The position numbers were made by a program, and so were the translations under genes. A stretch of DNA of 64,000 nucleotides from Obrimoposthia wandeli (lineage: Eukaryota). Position 1 is the first letter of the stretch. Each line of letters begins with the position of its first letter. The notes beneath the pieces are model-generated. The model was not told the origin of the DNA. It was given only the letters and a program-made list of their open reading frames with translations, and made no database searches. Shown here in pieces: positions 61,801 through 64,000 of this stretch. The stretch covers positions 62,001 through 126,000 of the forward strand of contig CDROCS010000482.1 in NCBI GenBank assembly GCA_977020255.1, written 5' to 3'.

Positions 61801-63426
61801 CAAACGAGTCTGGGAACATGGGAACGAGGATAAATACTGTTAAATTCTGAATTATTTTAAAATATTGATAAATTCAAAGTTTAAAGTGCTGCTGAGTTTT
61901 TAAAAATTAAAATGTTGAAAATTTGTTCATATTACATTTAAAATTAATTTACTCTTACTGCGCAGTCGTACGAGGACTGTGACCGAGGTCGAGCTTGCAA
62001 CTATGAGGTACGTGTTCTCGAATCAGCCTCGCCTCCACGACAACGAAGAAGTGTAGATGTGACTGCATCTCCAAGACCCGGATTGAGCAATACTGTCTTT
62101 GTTGTGGGTGCTCATCGCAGCTGTGAAGGGATTCCGCGTTTCCAATGTAATGGTCCGCTGGCACCGCACACCAGCTACACGTGAGTGCTTGTCTCTCATC
62201 TGATTGGCTGCACCCACACCTTGCTTGTATTCGATTGGCTGCACCCAACATTAAAACTTAAATAATTAACATCTCTCTCTAAATTTTAGAGGTTTGCATT
62301 AGCCTAGAACTGATGCAACCACTGATGGTGAAGCCTTGATCTGGCATAATTGTACTGCCTCTTTTCCAGGGTCGCTCTGCGGGCTTACACACACCGGGGC
62401 TTCTTGACTGTGGGCGAGGTGACTAAGGAAACTGCAGTTGAAGGTCGGTGTGGTTATTTGTCTGATAAATTGACCCTGTGTCTCTTTTTCCTTACAGATC
62501 GCCAAACGTCTGTAGGTGAGTGGAGCGAGCATACTCAACAAAGGAGGCCAATTTAGGGCTGTCTAGAGTTGTGCAAGGGTGGTGTTGTGCCAGGGTGGTG
62601 TTGTGCCAGGGTGGTGTTGTGCCAGGGCGGTGTTGTGCCAGGGTGGTGTTGTGCCAGGGTGGTGTTGTGCCAGGGTGGTGTTGTGCCAGGGTGGTGTTGT
62701 GCCAGGGTGGGGTTGTGCCAGGATGGTGTTGTGCCAGGGTGGTGTTGTGCCAGGGTGGTGTTGTGCCAGGGTGGTGTTGTGCCATGGCAGTGTTGTGCCA
62801 GGGTGATGTTGTGCCAGGGTGATGTTGTGTCAGGGTGGTGTTGTGCCAGGGTGGTGTTGTGCCAGGGTGGTGTTGTGCCAGGGTGGTGTTGTGCCAGGGG
62901 TTGTTGATTATCCATGCATGTAGAGATTGTCAGGTTGCTGGTGTCTGATTGACCCCAAACTCGGGCGGATGAAGACTGCCGAGGGAGCAGAAAGTCTTAT
63001 ATGACACAGTCTGATAATTCTACACCACAAAGACGGTGTGCTAAACAGAAAACCCGAGATTCGTGAGCAGTTTGCAGAATACAGATTGCCGAATCACAAC
63101 CAAGATTGGATTCCATACTTCATGTTCAACTAAATATCAAAATATCTGATATTAAAACTATTTTGATTTCTTGAGAGAATCGTTGGACACTCAGCTGGAG
63201 AATCGGGAGTCCTCATCTCAGTCATCCACACACACTCGATCCATCATCTCAATGTTTACCCTCACACACAGTCACTAATCCATCCTGAATGACTGACTGA
63301 CCTTGCAGGTGTCTTTGTGGTGCCCATCGTTGTGGGGCTCGTGTTCGTGATTGTTGTTGTTGGAGGAGTCCTTCTCTACAAACGCAGCAGCAGCGGCAGC
63401 TGGAGTCTTAAGAAGACCCCGAGAAA
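10804..63426 (+). CDS. Receptor protein tyrosine phosphatase-like type I membrane protein (12 exons visible; 3' end outside window)
   Basis: Joined exons give 1859 nt, stop-free with all phases matching: signal peptide, FN3-like repeats, [18 protein letters not shown] and FVVG...[19 protein letters not shown] (RPTP juxtamembrane module), TM helix. Catalytic domain not seen. Confidence 0.8.
11760..11941 (+). CDS. RPTP-like exon 2
   Basis: TAG acceptor, [13 protein letters not shown]...PIGKPA, donor GTGAGT, phase 1 to 0. Confidence 0.8.
12490..12640. repeat. Dispersed repeat of about 150 bp (second copy 14240-14380)
   Basis: TGTAGATTTTGGT...TTAGAAATGTTGGGTTTTGGAGACGAAAC occurs in direct orientation at both sites. 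Confidence 0.8.
13115..13316 (+). CDS. RPTP-like exon 3
   Basis: YNLTSARL...[12 protein letters not shown] (FN3-like F strand), donor GTGAGT, phase 0 to 1. Confidence 0.8.
14561..19761 (-). mobile_element. Polinton-type element D (TIR-PolB-TIR, 5.2 kb)
   Basis: TIRs of about 240 bp (14561-14800 and 19525-19761), ends AGTAG...CTACT, flanks AACAAT/AATAAT (5 of 6 TSD match). Confidence 0.9.
15655..19070 (-). pseudogene. Protein-primed family B DNA polymerase (pPolB), degraded but apparently full span
   Basis: N-terminal [12 protein letters not shown]...HY segment, VVYGDF (ExoI), FHNLRGYD (ExoII), [28 protein letters not shown]-terminal DDKR. Multiple stops and frameshifts. Confidence 0.92.
19857..20032 (+). 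CDS. RPTP-like exon 4
   Basis: CAG acceptor, [13 protein letters not shown]...INCRW, donor GTGAGT, phase 1 to 0. Confidence 0.8.
20055..20200. repeat. (CCAT/CCCT)n microsatellite just after exon 4
   Basis: Direct reading. Confidence 0.85.
20225..20700. repeat. Degenerate repeat family; inverted copy at 33110-33590 (also about 22080-22230 vs 32900-33050)
   Basis: The reverse complement matches along about 480 bp. Internal recurring TTTAGARGAGAAAAT motif. Confidence 0.85.
24783..25082 (-). pseudogene. CTPS: CTP synthase N-terminal fragment (100 codons, uninterrupted)
   Basis: [74 protein letters not shown]...[16 protein letters not shown] is the diagnostic CTPS synthase-domain start. It lacks the start Met and the rest of the gene. 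Confidence 0.95.
25545..25890. repeat. Subterminal tandem repeats (GTGTCTAACAAAGACAGTCA); counterpart at 1770-1920
   Basis: Direct reading. The ORF 25545-25829 is an artefact of the repeat. Confidence 0.8.
25904..26253 (-). CDS. Lys-rich Polinton protein (paralog of 1407-1772)
   Basis: [12 protein letters not shown]...[13 protein letters not shown]. Likely start at MKM rather than the ORF-track start. Confidence 0.6.
26331..26669 (-). CDS. 'PxWKI' family protein (copy 2)
   Basis: Intact ORF, about 90% identical to 1018-1347. Confidence 0.75.
   Translation of the reverse strand: MHVLKKALNYNFIFPHNIEPFKFDFEISNLTSVDKERINILLTQFGINYALQENKFIIKGLTATFKQENGTIFEGPPPKLEWIFSIRIQGCKIGPSGLETPIWKIIEAVRVD
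27156..28148 (+). pseudogene. Inhibitor of apoptosis (BIR, degenerate BIR, RING), disrupted
   Basis: BIR1 ([11 protein letters not shown]...RHQVFFPRC), second C..C segment (DSYRCCFC), C-terminal RING CVVC...[13 protein letters not shown]....CPYC. Stops and frameshifts. Confidence 0.88.
28221..28770 (+). pseudogene. TBP-like protein with 38-nt intron (28366-28403)
   Basis: Spliced: IKLVNINY...[15 protein letters not shown]...[10 protein letters not shown]...INL...[11 protein letters not shown](stop)..[18 protein letters not shown], i.e. the two TBP repeats. One in-frame TAA. Confidence 0.85.
28760..28930. repeat. Tandem duplication of about 80 bp
   Basis: GCTAAAAATAGATTTATCTTAGAGACAAAGACATCACA...GCAAATAGCTGCAAAAGTTGTA repeated. 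Confidence 0.8.
29586..30003 (+). pseudogene. Dual-specificity phosphatase-fold protein lacking the catalytic motif; frameshift near 29770
   Basis: [11 protein letters not shown]....FTHVIN...[23 protein letters not shown]...[18 protein letters not shown]. HCxxGxxR is replaced by YGHYGSLH. Confidence 0.75.
30120..31879 (+). pseudogene. pPolB N-terminal part with extension of about 215 aa, truncated after ExoI
   Basis: [41 protein letters not shown] and FAVYADFE are collinear with element D PolB. Ends at about 31860. Confidence 0.88.
34630..35034 (-). CDS. 'PxWKI' family protein (copy 3, divergent)
   Basis: [12 protein letters not shown]...[10 protein letters not shown]...GKIQPLWTL aligns with 35178-35654. 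Likely start MDKRC. Confidence 0.7.
   Translation of the reverse strand: MDKRCVANFYYPERISKGKLCNILKRHQIIRVMNPLKISKVQNKYLIESLTTTDIDQLKNILGFYIPDYVYEGNCFQLETDPGLDFKDDLGYLIAPILDEELWNISTRLNGYFADDGKIQPLWTLSEANMLFYV
35178..35654 (-). CDS. 'PxWKI' family protein (copy 4)
   Basis: [16 protein letters not shown]...FYIRG...[12 protein letters not shown]...LPMWKI aligns with 1018-1347. Confidence 0.75.
   Translation of the reverse strand: MHSYQRQLSTMDDSQRVLSDDEEMFEESDKDMYEEVKQYFKYKVRFLKKAQLIALVNPVTIERRKFSYYLSGIQKPDFQYLKQKVERAVPNFTFNKNEFYIRGADEAFLDDYGRYVDIDAFPKKKQWTLTIRLYGYKKDEMGTKLPMWKIERAHISMF
35904..36415 (+). pseudogene. TBP-like protein with 35-nt intron (36034-36068; donor reads AT instead of GT)
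   Basis: [10 protein letters not shown]...[15 protein letters not shown]...[14 protein letters not shown]...[27 protein letters not shown]. Confidence 0.85.
36421..36702 (+). CDS. Small protein with C-terminal hydrophobic helix
   Basis: Intact ORF between TBP-like and ATPase genes, ending [26 protein letters not shown]. Confidence 0.5.
   Translation: MFQMNNTINRDNAVDRLADEIFSGKIRGKEILSELKNNDITRDNIEILVRSHVIREFRNRTQINKIIVTYSLINICISSTIALTLYISIRKLL
36740..37390 (+). pseudogene. A32/FtsK-like DNA packaging ATPase, frameshifted
   Basis: Walker [11 protein letters not shown], Walker [22 protein letters not shown]...[14 protein letters not shown]. Frameshifts near 36826 and 37287. Confidence 0.92.
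37571..37894 (+). CDS. Conserved Polinton basic protein ending in QxGG|F amphipathic peptide
   Basis: [11 protein letters not shown]...[27 protein letters not shown]; lies between ATPase and integrase. Confidence 0.7.
   Translation: MKKIQRSIPYFKALVKASSNKRMIILKAFPSFVVDDLLEVLCNIVLGRVKVGNRKNILMKYRKTLLDIANVKSKKRKRNIILKQNGGFIGALIPVVASIMSSIIAAT
37981..38755 (+). pseudogene. Retroviral-type (rve) integrase, with nonsense mutation and 3' truncation
   Basis: [46 protein letters not shown] at 38701-38703 replaces the expected R of EYVRI, and homology ends at about DQNW. Confidence 0.95.
38750..40506 (-). pseudogene. Five-exon disordered acidic/basic protein of copy C
   Basis: Exons 40506-39790, 39745-39611, 39566-39402, 39355-39188 and 39111 onward. 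GT-AG phase-0 introns of 44, 44, 46 and 76 nt. Two in-frame TGA. Confidence 0.75.
40900..41030. repeat. AGGTCA-rich subterminal array of copy C
   Basis: At least 6 AGGTCA, including AGGTCATGACCT. Confidence 0.8.
43625..43850. repeat. (CCAT/CCCT)n microsatellite just before exon 5
   Basis: Direct reading. The ORF 43541-44200 runs through it. Confidence 0.85.
43883..44090 (+). CDS. RPTP-like exon 5
   Basis: GERNLG...[15 protein letters not shown]...TPQF (FN3 Y.V.V..N..G pattern), donor GTAAGT, phase 0 to 1. Confidence 0.8.
44940..46990 (-). mobile_element. Degraded piggyBac-like transposon
   Basis: Transposase motifs across frames: [25 protein letters not shown] (YN.TKGGVD..D), K+G.KYF.L. 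Candidate end TTAA-CGGTTAG at 46990-46994; other end not found. Confidence 0.7.
51880..53590 (+). pseudogene. pPolB remnant (Polinton copy E)
   Basis: [67 protein letters not shown]. Heavily disrupted; no termini found. Confidence 0.9.
54200..54550 (+). pseudogene. 'PxWKI' family remnant (copy 5)
   Basis: KGKLCNI and [16 protein letters not shown] match KGKLCNI and [16 protein letters not shown] of 34630-35034. Confidence 0.7.
55550..55630. repeat. (CAACTA/CAGCTA)n microsatellite
   Basis: Direct reading. Confidence 0.85.
57644..57897 (+). CDS. RPTP-like exon 6
   Basis: [24 protein letters not shown] (FN3 start). The AAG acceptor is weak, so the 5' edge is less certain. Confidence 0.7.
57985..58306. 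repeat. (CACTCT/CTCA)n microsatellite
   Basis: Direct reading; lies in intron 6. Confidence 0.95.
58351..58426 (+). CDS. RPTP-like exon 7
   Basis: Strong polypyrimidine TAG acceptor and GTAAGT donor, phase 0 to 1, [10 protein letters not shown]...YKYI. Confidence 0.75.
58455..59080. repeat. 10-bp satellite (TGCAGTGTGR)n
   Basis: About 60 copies in intron 7. The His-rich ORFs here are artefacts. Confidence 0.95.
59135..59421 (+). CDS. RPTP-like exon 8
   Basis: PPELSL...[23 protein letters not shown]...FASK, phase 1 to 0. Confidence 0.75.
59700..61600 (-). mobile_element. Degraded non-LTR retrotransposon (LINE ORF2) remnant
   Basis: Fragments such as [10 protein letters not shown] and LFDYANAYN (D+.KA+D-like) appear in ORF2 order. 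Very decayed. Confidence 0.45.
61966..62180 (+). CDS. RPTP-like exon 9
   Basis: SYEDC...PRQRRSV...FVVGAHRSC....[12 protein letters not shown], donor GTGAGT, phase 0 to 2. Not in the ORF track because it has no start codon. Confidence 0.85.
62370..62443 (+). CDS. RPTP-like exon 10
   Basis: [25 protein letters not shown], phase 2 to 1. Confidence 0.8.
62498..62515 (+). CDS. RPTP-like exon 11 (18-nt micro-exon)
   Basis: TTTTTCCTTACAG acceptor and GTGAGT donor, DRQTSV, phase 1 to 1. Confidence 0.65.
   Translation: MAKRL
62575..62900. repeat. 16-bp minisatellite (GTGCCAGGGTGGTGTT)n
   Basis: About 20 copies in intron 11. The overlapping ORFs are artefacts. Confidence 0.95.
63309..63426 (+). CDS. 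RPTP-like exon 12 (transmembrane helix)
   Basis: [26 protein letters not shown] stop-transfer, donor GTGAGT. Confidence 0.85.
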
Positions 63427-64000
63427 GTGAGTCATCATAATCCATACTTTCTTCTTTAATTTTAATGATTGTTGCTACTTTAGGCTCCAAGTCTCTATTA
63501 AGCAGGTGATACATATAAAGTTTTTCAATCTTTGATATAAAATGTTTTGGTGCAACAAATAGGTGAAAGTATGTTTCAGAATACTTAGCCATCAAGGTTG
63601 GGATCAGGTTATCATAGAGAGCTTGCAATTTATATTTAGAAGTAGTCATTTGAAATAAGGAGAAATTGGTTGAAAGGTGTATATATCTATAAAGAATTAT
63701 CCAATTAAATGAGGAGCTAGTAGGAAATCAAGACATGATTATGATACATACAATGTATTAAAAATAAACATCAATACAAATATATTTACATACTATCGTT
63801 TAAAATGATATATACATTGACTGTTTATTACAATAAGAAAAAATATATTAGCCAATACTTTCAAGAGATTACCCCAAATTTTATACACCTATCTTTGACT
63901 ATAATGTCCATATGCGATGGATTTGTTTTTCTCAATCCAAACCCTTTTATCGTCATAACACCTTAATGCTATTTTATCATTAAACATTGTAAATAATTGA

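Noticed and set aside
62492-62915. Overlapping repeat ORFs; possible CRISPR-like array or G-quadruplex
   Set aside because: A pure 16-bp tandem repeat with no unique spacers; too few GGG runs per unit to claim a G4.
63275-63649. Minus-strand 124-aa ORF
   Set aside because: Antisense to the TM exon, which has clear splice sites and phase fit.

Overview
AT-rich eukaryotic (probably invertebrate animal) DNA. A 12-exon plus-strand host gene can be assembled by hand from 10804 to 63426: signal peptide, FN3-like domains, an RPTP-type juxtamembrane module (CNGPL...Y.VALRAYT) and a TM helix. It is phase-compatible and stop-free over 619 codons; any phosphatase domain lies beyond the window. Its introns and upstream region hold at least five Polinton/Maverick-type elements with AGTAG...CTACT ends. 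D (14561-19761) is a PolB-only element with TIRs and a near-perfect 6-bp TSD. C (34201-41326) has TIRs, a perfect TATACT TSD, ATPase and integrase. A, B and E are truncated. Their cargo is unusual: two TBP-like genes with a tiny intron at the same position, an IAP, a pseudophosphatase, a five-copy unknown protein family, a spliced SIM-bearing gene, and a captured CTP synthase fragment. A complete type I hammerhead ribozyme core lies at 9967-10018. Mariner, piggyBac and LINE remnants and several satellites are also present. All coordinates and alignments were read by eye.
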